Origin: Octopus vulgaris
Lineage: Eukaryota
Length of the DNA stretch: 64,000 nucleotides
Direction of reading: 5' to 3'
Assembly (NCBI GenBank): GCA_951406725.2
Contig: OX597831.1
Span: forward strand, 29,822,001 to 29,886,000
The notes under the pieces are model-generated. The model did not search any database. It saw only the letters and a list, made by a program, of their open reading frames with translations, and had not been told where the DNA came from. Made by a program: the position numbers and the translations under genes. This document shows, piece after piece, positions 14,671 through 27,510 of this stretch (position 1 is the stretch's first letter; each line of letters begins with the position of its first letter).

Positions 14671-15269
14671 TGTGTGCCTGTGAGTGTTCGAGCGTATACA
14701 TAACTACGCATATACATATAAGTGCTCTCACATTCATACTGAATGAGCTCACCTTTAACAAAAGCCAGTCTATCTGAATGTCTGTCTTCTCTCCACACAA
14801 ACATACATGTCACGTTATTTTTTCAATTTGAAATTACTTCCACATTTGTAAAACATGTAACAGAAAAACAGCAAGAAAAAAAAAACAAAAAAAAACCAGG
14901 AGCTGCACACCCACGTTTCCCCCTATATATACGTACCCTACCCCTACCTTGAAAAACTCCTTTCCTAAATATCAGTAATTGTCCCAGTTTTATATACACA
15001 AAGCTACCCTACCACCTTCTCATCTTACAGCTGGAATATTAATGACACTCTTGTGACTTACTGTTGTCTTTGGGGTTTTATTTATTCTGGGGTCTCCATA
15101 GCAATGAGAAAAAGGTGACGTGTGTATGATTCTGTGTATATACTTCTGCATGTGCGCGTATATGTATACGCGTGTGTATGTATATGTAAACGATGTTTGT
15201 ATACATACATATATATATACGTGTATATATATATATATACGTGTATATATATATATATGTATATACGTG

Positions 15270-15303
<34 letters not shown>

Positions 15304-15448
15304 TATATACATATATATACATTTATATATATATACATATATACATATACATATGTATATATACATTTATATATATTATTGAAAAGCAGCAGAAATATCG
15401 AAAAACTGTTACTCAGAGCTTCACATTCCCTTTCGTTGGACAGTTTTG

Positions 15449-15548
<100 letters not shown>

Positions 15549-15676
15549 ACATATATATATATATATGTATGTATACATATATACATATATATATATACAT
15601 ACACACACACATATATATATATGTACATATACGCATGTATATGCATATATATATATGTGTATATATATGTATATAC

Positions 15677-15748
<72 letters not shown>

Positions 15749-15988
15749 GCATACATACATATGTGTGTGTGTGTGTGTATGCTTAATGTTTTTAAAGTTT
15801 TAACCATGCAAGTTACAAGAAGTCGGTGGTTTGTACTTTTACTTTGAATTACAAAATTTCGAGGTTAAGATCCCTCCAGGAAATCTTTTGGGGAATGGTG
15901 TTGTGAGCTGACGCCCCTGTTCTGCAGTGTGTGTGTGTATATTGGAAGAGTTGCATCATGCAGACTCTACTATTCGTATATATACATA

Positions 15989-16317
15989 TTGAGGGAACTT
16001 GGCTACGAAGTTCTTCCCCACCCAGCTTATTTCCCCGACCTTTCTCTTACCGACTACCATTTTTCCAAGCACCTTGATGGTATCCTGCGAGAGAAGGAGT
16101 TCCAAAATCAAACTGATGCTGAAAATGCGTTGTAAGAGTTCATCAGCTCCAGAACTCAACTCCAGACTTTTATGTTACCGGAATAAGCAACGTTGTAACT
16201 CATTGACAAAAATGTGTTGATTGTAATGGTACTTACAATAAAATTTCCGCATTGTTGAAATATATTGTGACGAATTTCATGTTTCAAAACGTTGCTTACT
16301 TTTTACTCAGCCTAATG
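15989..16317 (+). pseudogene. Mariner transposase C-terminal fragment with 3' TIR
   Basis: LRELGYEVLPHPAYFPDLSLTDYHFSKHLD matches the mariner HPPYSPDLAPxDY motif. TTACTTTTTACTCAGCCTAAT (about 16296-16316) resembles a mariner right TIR. Confidence 0.88.
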
Positions 16318-16325
16318 TATATGCG

Positions 16326-16438
<113 letters not shown>

Positions 16439-16718
16439 ATGTATACTGTTTTATTGAAGTGGAAAAAAATTAGCAATCTCTTACTGAGGTTTCATGTAAC
16501 CGTTCTTCAGATAAATGTCTGATGAACGGTTAACTGTAAATCCGAGTAAAAGTTTGTGAAGTGGTTTTTTTGCTCTGCATCCGGTATTCGAGTACTTTCA
16601 CCTATCTATGTATATACATATATATATGTATATATATATATATATATATCTATATTTATATATATATATATATATATACATACACACACACACATATATA
16701 TATATATACACGCATATA

Positions 16719-16765
<47 letters not shown>

Positions 16766-16994
16766 CATGCATACATATATACATACATACACGTATTTAC
16801 GTACATGCGTATACCGTGGTTGTTCGTTACAAAAAACCTTCCACACACTGAATAAAATACTCAATACCGAATTATGTAGACTATTTAAACTATTTCCTAT
16901 AATCTTTTTAATATTGTATTATTTAATCTTACATTATTCTTATATCATATTATCGTATATTATTTTATATCATTATATATTATTTCGTATTAAC

Positions 16995-17210
16995 GCGGCG
17001 AGCTCGCAGAAACGTTAGCACACCGGGCGAAATCCTTGGCGGTATTTCGTCTGTCTTTTACGTTCTGAGTTCAAATTGCACCGAGGTCGACTTTACCTTT
17101 TATCCTTTCGAGGTCGATAAATTAAATATCAGTTGGATACTGGAGTCGATCTAATCGACTGACCCTCTCCCCACAAAATTTCGGGCCTTGTACCTAGATT
17201 AGAAAAGTAT
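16995..17210 (+). mobile_element. SINE family A, short-tail variant
   Basis: CGCGGCGAGCTCGCAGAAACGTTAG head, B-box, core, and GGCCTTGT tail. Confidence 0.85.
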
Positions 17211-17280
17211 GCTATTTCGTGTTTATTGGTGACTTTTTTTGAGATTCAATCTAGTTTCTATCTTTGTGGTTCAATGTGAA

Positions 17281-17391
17281 TTATTTTTTTTTTTTTTTTT
17301 TCTAGGTAAGTTTCCTGTTCATATTTCCATTAATTCTATCGCAATTTGCTCGGAATTACTTTCCATTCCTCGCAGACACTGGCAGGTAAGT
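17281..17391 (+). other. Candidate recursive splice site (TAG|GTAAGT at 17305/17306) with 80-nt RS-exon, or 10-nt microexon 17376-17385
   Basis: Long poly-T then CTAG|GTAAGT. Downstream: CTTTCCATTCCTCGCAG acactggcag|GTAAGT. Motif evidence only. Confidence 0.45.
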
Positions 17392-17505
17392 TTGGAAACG
17401 TTCATCTTCTCTCTCTCCCCCTCTCTCTCTCTCTCTCTGTCTATCTCTTTTCTCTCTCTTTCTCTCTCTTTTTCTGTCCCTCGGTCTATCTCTTTTCTCT
17501 CTCTT

Positions 17506-17537
<32 letters not shown>

Positions 17538-17585
17538 TCTTTCTGTCCCTCGGTCTATCTCTTTTCACTCTCTGTCTCTATAAGA

Positions 17586-17623
<38 letters not shown>

Positions 17624-17950
17624 AATGGATAGAAAGAACTAGACAAAGAGGGAATGTGTCCGCACTCTTCCTCTCCTGGAGAAGACGAAAGAGAGAGCAA
17701 GAGATAGAGAGTCAGAGGGAGAAAGTGATAAAGATGAGAGGTGTGGCAGAGTGGGGGGAGAGGGAGGATGAAGATGAGTGCGACAGAGGTGGAGATCAAG
17801 AAGGAAAGAGAGCAAGAGAAAGAGGGAGAGTAAAGTAGAAGCGGAGAGAGAGAGAAAGAGCAAGAGGGAGACGAAAGAGGGAAAGAGCGAAGAAGAGCGT
17901 GAAAGAGAAAAAGAGCGAGAAGAGAGAGATAGGGAGGAGAGAACGAAGGA

Positions 17951-18014
<64 letters not shown>

Positions 18015-18377
18015 TTAAGTGTTATGGTGTTTAGCGTATTCTCCCAGACAGCTGAAATTGTTTTCACCACTCACTGGGATTTGCTGCCTTTTTATGATAT
18101 AACGTCTATCAAAACTAAACACTAGAGTTTAATCCATCATTCCATCGCTAAGAAAAAGCCAACAATGTAAAAGACAACGACCAGGCCACAATCGTCTGGG
18201 ATATGCCGGTTCAAACTGACAAAGAAATAAAAGCTAATCGCCCAGACATAATAATCAAGGATTGGGGACAAAAACCAAAAACACTTGTTTACCGATAGAC
18301 ATTGCAGTCCCTTCTGATCAAAAAACTGTCTAAAAAGAAGTGGAGAAATTGACAAAACACAAAGATCTCGAACGATC

Positions 18378-18530
18378 TACGTTCTGAGTTCAAATTCCAC
18401 CGGGGTCGACTTTACCTTTCAGCCTTTCGGGATTGATGAAATAAGTACCAGTGAAACACTGGGGTCGATGTCATCGGCTTGTCCTCTCCTCCAAATTTCA
18501 GGCCTTGTGCTTATTGTAGAAAAGGTTATT
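18378..18530 (+). mobile_element. SINE family A, 5'-truncated
   Basis: TACGTTCTGAGTTCAAATTCC...AAATAAGTACCAG...GGCCTTGTG. Confidence 0.75.
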
Positions 18531-19046
18531 ATACCATTAGTCTAAATACGGATAAACCATTGGTCTAAAACTACCATACCACTGGTCTATAATTATTATA
18601 CCAGTCTAAACACAGGCATATCATTGGTCGAAACACTTCCATAGCATTGGTCTAAACTTCGCATACCATTAGTCTAAACAAGGGTATACCATTGGTCTAT
18701 ACCTTACCATAAGTCTAAATACAGACATACCATTACTCTAAACATGGGCATACCATTTGTCAAAACTTTGTCGTAGCATTGGCCTAAACCTACCATACCA
18801 TTAGTCTGAACATACCATTGGTCTAAACTTCGCATATTATCAGTCTAAGCAAGGCTATACCATTTGTCTAAATCTACTATACCATAAGTCTAGATACAGT
18901 CATACCACTACACTAAACGCGAGCATACCATTAGTCTAAACACTTCCATAGCAGTGGTCCGAATTTCCCATACCATAAGTCTAAAAATTGTCATACCATT
19001 AGCCTAAGCACGGGCATACCATAGGTCTAAACTCTGTCATGCCATT
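18530..19046. repeat. Degenerate minisatellite, ~21-23-bp unit (CATACCATTRGTCTAAAC core)
   Basis: ATACCATT.GTCTAAA recurs more than 20 times in tandem. Confidence 0.9.
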
Positions 19047-19723
19047 TCTTATTTCTTTACTGCCCACAAGGGGCTACACACAGAGAGGACAAACAAGGAC
19101 AGACAAACGGATTAAGTCGATTATATCGACCCTACTGCATAACTGGTACTTAATTTATCGACCCCGAAAGGATGAAAGGCAAAGTCGACCTCGGCGGAAT
19201 TTGAACTCAGAACGTAATGGCAGACGAAATACCTATTTCTTTACTACCCACAAGGGGCTAAACACAGAGAGGGGACAAACAAGGACAGACAAACGGATTA
19301 AGTCGATTGCATGGACCCCAGTGCGTAACTGGTACTTAATTTAATCGACCCCGAAAGGATGAAAGGCAAAGTCGACCTCGGCGGAATTTGAACTCAGAAC
19401 GTAGCGGCAGACGAAATCCCTATTTCTTTACTACCCACAAGGGGCTAAACACAGAGAGGGGACAAACAAGGACAGACAAACGGATTAAGTCGATTATATC
19501 GACCCCAGTGCGTAACTGGTAGTTAATTTATCGACCTCGAAAGGATGAAAGGCAAAGTCGATTATATCGACCCCAGTGCGTAACTGGTAGTTAATTTATC
19601 GACCTCGAAAGGATGAAAGGCAAAGTCGACCTCGGCATGATTTGAACTCAGGACGTAACGGCAGACGAAATACGGCTACGCATTTCGCCCGGCGCGCTAA
19701 CGTTTCTGCTAGCTCGCCGCCTT
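19047..19723 (-). mobile_element. SINE family A multimer: one head plus three ~187-bp bodies, with a ~68-bp internal duplication
   Basis: Junctions GACGAAAT(A/C)CC|TATTTCTTTACTACCCAC at about 19233 and 19420. Head AAGGCGGCGAGCTAGCAGAAACG starts at 19723. Confidence 0.9.
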
Positions 19724-19726
19724 TTG

Positions 19727-19832
19727 AAATATGGAACACTTCACGAATTTTCGTGTCGTCCTTGCGCAGGGGCCATGCTTAATCTTCTCTGTATCGTTCC
19801 AATTTTAGAATATGTACCGCCGTAGCTAGTAC
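19727..19832 (-). pseudogene. U6: Full-length U6 snRNA retrocopy
   Basis: Minus strand reads GTACTAGCTACGGCGGTACATATTCTAAAATTGGAACGATACAGAGAAGATTAAGCATGGCCCCTGCGCAAGGACGACACGAAAATTCGTGAAGTGTTCCATATTT. ACAGAGA box, AGC triad and ISL are recognisable. It has several substitutions, a 1-nt insertion, only T3 at the end and no upstream TATA. Confidence 0.95.
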
Positions 19833-20141
19833 ATGCCATTCCTGATGACGTCCTTCTTATTCTGTCTTTGTGTTGAATGTAAAATTTTTATTTCTAACAA
19901 TTACTGGCGACTTCAGTGGAAATATTATACAGCAGCAGCAGCAATAACAACATCAGCTGCCACAGTAACAACAGCAACAGCAACAACGAAGGTCACAGTA
20001 ACAGTAGAAGCTACAACAACAACGATAACAACAAGGTTATTAAATAGAATATCAGTCCGACAAAATATTTTTTGTAAAGCTTCCTTGACAACTTTGGTAG
20101 ACAGATGCAGTAAGGTCGGTGTGTGCTGTGTGCTGTGTGCT

Positions 20142-20183
<42 letters not shown>

Positions 20184-20871
20184 CATTTGGCGACATGCAA
20201 CAAGGTACGTGGTTGAGGGGAGGGGGTGTCCACTTATTTATAAAAATGACCTTAATATTTTTATAATTGCCTGTTATTGCTGTCATCGCAACCGTCATCG
20301 TTATAATTATCCACCGTCACCACCACCACCACCACCACCACCACCATCACCATCATCATCATTATCATCATCATCATCACCAAGATTAACACTACAACTA
20401 CCCCCAGACGCGCCACCCGCGTGACCGCCGCAGCCGCCATTATCGTCGTCACCATCATTATTCTCAACTTGACCGACGTCTAACACAAGCTGTCACCATC
20501 CTTCTCCTTGTCCTCCTCCTCCTCCTTCTTCTCTCTCCTCTTCCCTTTCTCATCATCATCATCATCATCAGCATCCCCAATGTCACCGTTGTCAATGCCC
20601 TAATCAACACAGTACCAGCATCAGCAGCCGTTCAAGAATTTGGACCTGGAGATCTCCATTTCCAGCGACTTCGCGGGCCTCCACCCCCCAGTGGTGTCGG
20701 GCGTCAACGAAGAGCCCTCGGCTACAACAAGACGACCAAAGTTTTTTTTTTCCAAGATCTGGGGTCTCCCGCTCCTAAGCCCTAGACCATCACCTAATCA
20801 CCCTTACCCGTCTTGTTGCTTAACAACAACAACAAAAACAACCAGTATCAGCAGCACCACCAACAACAATA

Positions 20872-21100
20872 CCCATTTCTTTACTACCCACATGGGGCTA
20901 AATACAGAGAGGACAAACAAGGATAGACAAACAGATTAAGTCGATTACATCGACCTCAGTGAGTAACTGGTACTTAATTTATCGACCCCGAAAGGATGAA
21001 AGGCAAAGTCGGCCTCGGCGGAATTTGAACTCAGAACGTAACGCAGACGAAATACGGCTACGCATTTCGCCCGGCGTGCTAACGTTTCTGCCAGCTCCAC
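20872..21100 (-). mobile_element. SINE family A, long-tail variant
   Basis: Matches the unit at 19047-19723. Confidence 0.88.
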
Positions 21101-21529
21101 CACCACTACAACCACAATCCCCATCAACATCATCATCATCACCACGACCACCATTGACACCTTCACCGACTCCGCCAACACCGGCATGGACCTCATCACC
21201 CTTCCAGCATTCCAGAAAACCACTAAGTGGGGGTAACATCATACACACCCTCAACCTACCGCACACGTCCTCAAATATTCTAAGAAAGCTAATCTGTGGA
21301 ATCACTAATCCGTACATTTGCATCTCTAAATCTCAACAGATTCAAACCACCATATCCCACAACCACTACGCTTCCCTCAACGACAACACTACTTCCAACC
21401 CACCAGATTTCCCACAACTTTTACACTTCCCACCGGTCACTACACGTCCTGCAACCCCCAAACTTCCCACAATTACCACACTATCCTACAACCGCCACAC
21501 TTCCCACCACCACTGGTTGGCACTTCGTC

Positions 21530-21660
21530 GGTTACGACGACGTGTGTTCCAGTTTATCCGATCAACGGAACAGCCCCTGCTCGTGAAATTAACGCGCAAG
21601 TGTACCCACAGACACGTGTACCCTTAACGTAGTTCTCGTGACACAGATTGTGACAAGGCT
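21530..21660 (-). mobile_element. 3' fragment of SINE family D tail variant
   Basis: GATCAACGGAACAGC..GCTCGTGAAATTAACG..ACAGACACGTGTACCCTTAACGTAGTTCTC is the near reverse complement of 62400-62520. Confidence 0.7.
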
Positions 21661-21820
21661 GTGAAGTGGTGGTGGGGACAGACACAAAGACACAAACACA
21701 CACCGTGACTAAGAGTTATTTTGACTCATTTCTAGCAATGCTGGTGCTAACTAACACCCTTAGTCATCTTAGTAAAGTCTATACTTGTGCCTTTTAGTTG
21801 TAAATTGCGAATAAGCCACC

Positions 21821-21880
<60 letters not shown>

Positions 21881-21899
21881 TATATGTATATATATATAT

Positions 21900-22115
21900 A
21901 GTTAATCCAAACAAGAAAACAAAAAAACAAAAAAAACACAACAACGCAAGGACGTGGAACAAATAAAGTATTATTGGACGCTCAGGAAAGAAGGGAAGAA
22001 GGAGGGTTTAACGTTTTGAGCGGAGCTCTTCGTCGGAAACATAGGAGAAGGAAAGATCCCGAGAAGGGAAGACAGAGGAAAAAAAAATCGCCGGTGGTAA
22101 TCTCGAGGTCACATA
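21900..22115 (-). mobile_element. Penelope-like element terminus with degenerate hammerhead (22006-22040)
   Basis: Minus strand: GTTT-CCGACGA-A-GAGC tcc GCTC-AAAAC-GTT-AAAC, then CCTGAGCGTCCAATAATAC, T-rich tail and (TA)n. Confidence 0.6.
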
Positions 22116-22444
22116 CTGAAAGACGGAAGTAGTAAGGTAGAAGAATAATAATGTTTTTTAAAGACAGGAGAGTTTATCAAAGACAGTATGGTAAAGAAAG
22201 TGAGAGGGGGAATGTGCGTGGGTGTGTGCGTGCGGAGAGGTCGGCGTGTGCGCGCGTGTGTGTATGTGTGTGTTTGTGTGTGTATGCGTAGAGTTTGGGT
22301 GTGTGGCGAGTAACTGTGCTTAACTTAGTGTATGTGTGCGTGTGTGTGTATATATATGTATGTATAATTGTGTGCGTGTATGTATGTGTGTGCGTGTATG
22401 TATGGTTGTGTGCCGTGTGTATGGGATGTATGTGTGGGTTCATT

Positions 22445-22481
<37 letters not shown>

Positions 22482-22483
<2 letters not shown>

Positions 22484-22630
22484 GACGGGCTTCTTTTTCA
22501 GTTTCCGTCTACCAAATCCATTCACAAGGCTTAGTCGGCCCGAAGCTATAGTAGAAGACACTTGCCCAAGGTAGAACTGGGCCGAGAACCATGTGGTTGG
22601 TAAGCAAGCTTCCCACCACACAGCCACGCC
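22482..22630 (-). mobile_element. SINE family B, 5' half
   Basis: Reverse complement of the family B head, ending at the internal (TA)n. Confidence 0.8.
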
Positions 22631-23337
22631 AATCTCTATAAGACTTCGAAGTTCTTTCGTGAACTTATACCTTGAAGCGACCTTCCACTGTTTCTCCTAT
22701 ATTGGGTTTGTGACACTGTCGCGCTCCTAAATTCATTTCCTTTTTGGAGGGGTTTCATTATCAGAAATATTACTGTCGATTTTAATGACACGTATTTCGT
22801 TCTTTAAACTACTTTTAAACAATCTTTATTTTTTATTTATTTACAATATTACTGCTGAATTTAATGACTCGTGTGAAAGACGTTGAATCATCGCATGACC
22901 TTTTAAAATTAAAGTTAATTTATGAACTGGAATTCCTACATGTCATATGCATCTTCCTCAAATTTCATTGGTCAAACGACATTTTTCTAAGATATATAGA
23001 TGTCGCTCCTCTCGAAAGATTACTAAAAAAAAGTCGGTTCTTGTTCTCAAGCAATTTAGATAAATTTTATGCATCGAGAGTTATTTATGAAAACAGATCT
23101 GATGTATTTGACAACATTTTACACCATATTAGTTTGTGGTGTTTCGTTTAATTTTATAGCTATTTTTTTGTCATAAAATCGTTTGAAATTGTCAGTAAAT
23201 AACAAAACAATAACTTTTAAGTTTCCTTTAATGAAACACAAAAAGAAGATAACTGGGACAACGGAAAGTCGGTAGCTCAAATGATAGACTTACACATATA
23301 CACACATAGACACACATGCTCAACATACATACATACA

Positions 23338-23390
<53 letters not shown>

Positions 23391-23575
23391 GCAGACACAT
23401 ACATACATACATACATACATACATACATACATACATACATACATACATACATACATACATACGTACATAAATTCATATACATATGTATATGTAGAGAGAT
23501 AGAGGAGCGGGAGAGAGAAAGATAGATGGAAAGACAGACAGATGAGCAAAGAAAAGCAATGCGCATTCATTAAGG

Positions 23576-23647
23576 AAATTAGTTGTATAATGGTAAGTAT
23601 ATCTGCCTGTCAAGCAGGAGACCGGGGTTCGATTCCCGCCGGTATAG
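23576..23647 (+). pseudogene. tRNA-Asp(GTC) pseudogene
   Basis: GTATAATGGTAAGTAT..TCTGC CT GTC AA GCAGG AGAC CGGGGTTCGATTCCCG follows the eukaryotic tRNA-Asp consensus, with the anticodon at 23609-23611. The acceptor stem does not pair. Confidence 0.85.
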
Positions 23648-23662
23648 GGTGACGGTCACAAT

Positions 23663-23724
23663 CAAGGCGGTACCCCAACATAACCGCATTCCAATGACTG
23701 AAACAAGTATAAAAGATAAAAGAG
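23663..23724 (+). mobile_element. Isolated SINE-B/LINE-type 3' tail
   Basis: AAGGCGGTACCCCAACATAACCGCATTCCAATGACTGAAACAAGTATAAAAGA versus the family B tail AAGGCGGTGCTCCAGCATGGCCGCAGTCAAATGACTGAAACAAGTAAAAGA. Confidence 0.75.
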
Positions 23725-24185
23725 AGTCTTGTTTCACTTTTTGAAAATGTGAAACGCAGTTTTGTTTAATGTTTTTTTTCTTTCTCAAGATGAGACTGTA
23801 ATTACACATCCATTCAAAATATATTTAAGCGCTCATATTATGTAAATGGTCATGTAAGAATGCGAAAGAATGCCGCACACATATTTCGCCGTGCTGTTAA
23901 CAGTTTCACATTTCTTTATTCTCATGTCCTGTCTTTTTCTCTAAAAGGATCGCACTCTGTCATTAAGTATTTTTATCATCTTCAAAAATATACCCCTTCC
24001 GAATTCGCGATACATACACCATCTCTTTCTGTGTCACTTGGCTTTCCTCACCACTTCTACCTTCTTTTCTTTAGTTTGTTGTTTTCTTTTTTCTACACCT
24101 CGGAGACAGCAGATTATGGCCATTTTTTTATTCGTGTTCTAAGACACACTTAGATTTATAGGTTTATTATAGATTTGAATGTGTG

Positions 24186-24216
<31 letters not shown>

Positions 24217-24612
24217 AGGATTAGCCGATTATATAATGCCAGTATTTGCTTGACGCATGGGGGGATGGAGGAGGGGGATAAAAAGGCAAATATTGACGAC
24301 AATACAATTTGGATTCAGAACGTAAAACAAAAGGAATACCACATGTATTTCTCATTGGCCTAACGGTTCCATCCAACTACACCGCCTTTTGTTCCTTATA
24401 TAAACATGTATACAAATACACACACACACAGATATATATATATATATATGTATGCATGTATGTATATATGTATGCATGTATGTATATATATACACACACA
24501 TATGTATATACATATATGTATACACACATATATATATATATACACATACGCAAGTTTATATGTATATATATATATACACAGAATAATATTGACAGTGATT
24601 TCGAAGTTTCGG

Positions 24613-24677
<65 letters not shown>

Positions 24678-24775
24678 CATATATATATCATATACATACA
24701 TACACATATTATATATATACAATATATATATATATATATATGTGTGTGTGTATACATATATGTATATATTATATA

Positions 24776-24873
<98 letters not shown>

Positions 24874-25457
24874 TATGCATATATATATATACTAGCTCGT
24901 ATCTCCATTAAAATATGCGTGATATGATCAACGATTTCACCTTTGTTTTGTTTTTTTGCACGGTCGGTTCCTATTCTCGAACTTCCAATTTAACGTTTTA
25001 TCTAAACCCTTCCATCCATCCATGACATAGACTCCCGAGCGGTCGCATCCCTCAATATACGGAACCTACTATATATCATATTCCTGCGTATTGTTTGTCA
25101 GTGCAGATTTTGGATAAATCATTTATGATATATGCAAGGAAGGCTCGAACCAGCAGCACATCGATTCAACATTTTAGGAATGACATAACAACCCAAATAC
25201 CCCATTCGTCATGCAGATCTTAAAAAAAAAATGGAATTCATCTCCATTCATCGTCATCATCATCATCATCATTGACGTGGTCATCGTCATCATCATCAAC
25301 ACTACTAACACCGCCACTAAAACCACCAAAACCACCACCACCATTCCACCACTCATCCCATCACCACCATCCTCGATCGTCGTCGTCACAATCATCATTA
25401 CCATCATTATTATTACTATTATCAGCATCACCGTCATTATCATCATCATCGTCATCG

Positions 25458-25497
<40 letters not shown>

Positions 25498-25498
25498 T

Positions 25499-25540
<42 letters not shown>

Positions 25541-26896
25541 GTCATCATCATCATCATCACTATCATCATCACCTCAACCCCATCATCATCACAATCATCA
25601 TCACCTCACCCCATCATCATCATCACCTCATCCCTATCATCATCACCTCACCCCCATCATCATCATCTTTTTCACCCCCCCCCCCATCATCATCATCATC
25701 ATCACCACCACCACCTGTGTTATCAAAACCTTTAATAAGCGCACACCCCCACCACCGTTGTGTATATTCTAACCTTCCTTAGATTCAGGGTTCTTTTCAC
25801 CCCCACCAACGTCAGCTGACCCCTAACAATTGTTCACATAGATATGTTACCTCATTGTGTTTCCCAGGCATTACCGCAATACCTAGTTCCCTTAAGCAGA
25901 CCCCCATTTTTGAGAGGGGGGGCTGTTAGCCTTTTTTGGTTTATATTGTTCTATGTTATTTTTCTTTTTGTTTGTTGTGATTCTCTTCCATATAAAAATG
26001 TGTGTATGTGTGTGTGAGTGTGCGTGTGCGTATGTGTGTGTAGATGTGTGTGTTTATGTGTGTGTAGATGTGTGTGTGTGTGGATGGGATATAAGCTTGG
26101 TATGAGTGTGTATATATGAGGATGTGTATATATGTGTGTGAATGCGTGTGTGTATGTAGATGTGTGTGTGTATATATATATGTGTATGTGTATGTATATG
26201 TGTGCATATTGATGTGCGAGTTGTGTGTGTGTATATATATGTGGATGTGTGTGTGTGTACGTGTGTGTGAGTGTGTGTGTATGTGTGTGTAGATGTGTGT
26301 ATGGATGGGGTGTAAGCTTTGGCATGAATGTGTATGTATGAGGATGTGTATGTGTGTGTGAGTGCGAGCTGTGTGTATATATAGTGTGAGCTGTGTGTAT
26401 ATATATATATGTGTATGTGTGTGGGTGTGTGTGTGTGTGTATGCAGATGTGTGTGCGAGTGTGAGCTGTGTGTGTATATATATGTGTATGTGTGTGGGTA
26501 GTTGTGTCACTGTGCGTAAGTATGTGTATGTGTGTGTGGGTGGAGAGCTGCACGTTGGTATGAGTGCGTATATGTGCGTATGGATACGTGTGTGAATGAA
26601 TGAATGTGTGTGTGTGTGTGTATGTATTTCTGTCTTGTATGTGAATGTATATGAATGTATGTGTGTATACTTCGTTCTGGGTTTATGTTAGTGTGTGCGT
26701 GTGTGTGAGCATGTGTGTATATGTATGTGTATGTGTGTGTGCGTGTATAGCTATGTCACTGTGCGTAAGTATATGTGTGTGAGTATGTGTGTATATGTAT
26801 GTGTGTGAGTATGTGTGTATATGTATGTGTATGTGTATGTGTGCGTGTATGTGTATGTATACATTTATGTATATATCTGCATGCTTATGTGATTGT

Positions 26897-26939
<43 letters not shown>

Positions 26940-27108
26940 TACGGGGTCAGTAGGACATCTGCAGGGAGGCTGCGGGTGGAAGATGTCAATTACGCAGTTT
27001 AACTTGGAATCTGCAGAAATGTTGACGGATGTGGCTTCTATGTAAGAAAGGGTTCCTTCGTAATAATAATTACCAATAACAACAACAACAATAATAATAA
27101 TAACAACG

Positions 27109-27153
<45 letters not shown>

Positions 27154-27246
27154 TTAATAATAACAATAAGAATGCTAATAGTCGTAAAAATAGGGCCAAC
27201 AATAAGAATAACAACAATAGTAACAATTATAACAGCAGCAGCAGTG

Positions 27247-27309
<63 letters not shown>

Positions 27310-27310
27310 A

Positions 27311-27403
<93 letters not shown>

Positions 27404-27467
27404 CAGCAGTAGTAGCAGCAGCAGCGGCAGCATTAGCAGTAGTAGTAGTAGAAGCAGCAGCAGCATC

Positions 27468-27510
<43 letters not shown>

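Noticed and set aside
19039-19344. Recurring peptide NWYLIYRPRKDERQSRPRRNLNSER as a protein family
   Set aside because: It is the antisense translation of SINE-A.
18530-19723. CRISPR-like repeat-spacer array (minisatellite or SINE multimers)
   Set aside because: No unique spacers, degenerate repeats, eukaryotic context and no cas genes.
19727-19832. Functional U6 gene
   Set aside because: Insertion next to the AGC triad, several substitutions, no T4+ terminator, no TATA at about -30, and enclosed in a TSD.
20620-20820. GC-richer segment with ORF MDLEISISSDFAG...
   Set aside because: No recognisable domain or splice signals, and the ORF runs into repeats and a SINE.
23576-23647. Functional tRNA-Asp gene
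   Set aside because: The acceptor stem cannot pair and the T-stem has a deletion.
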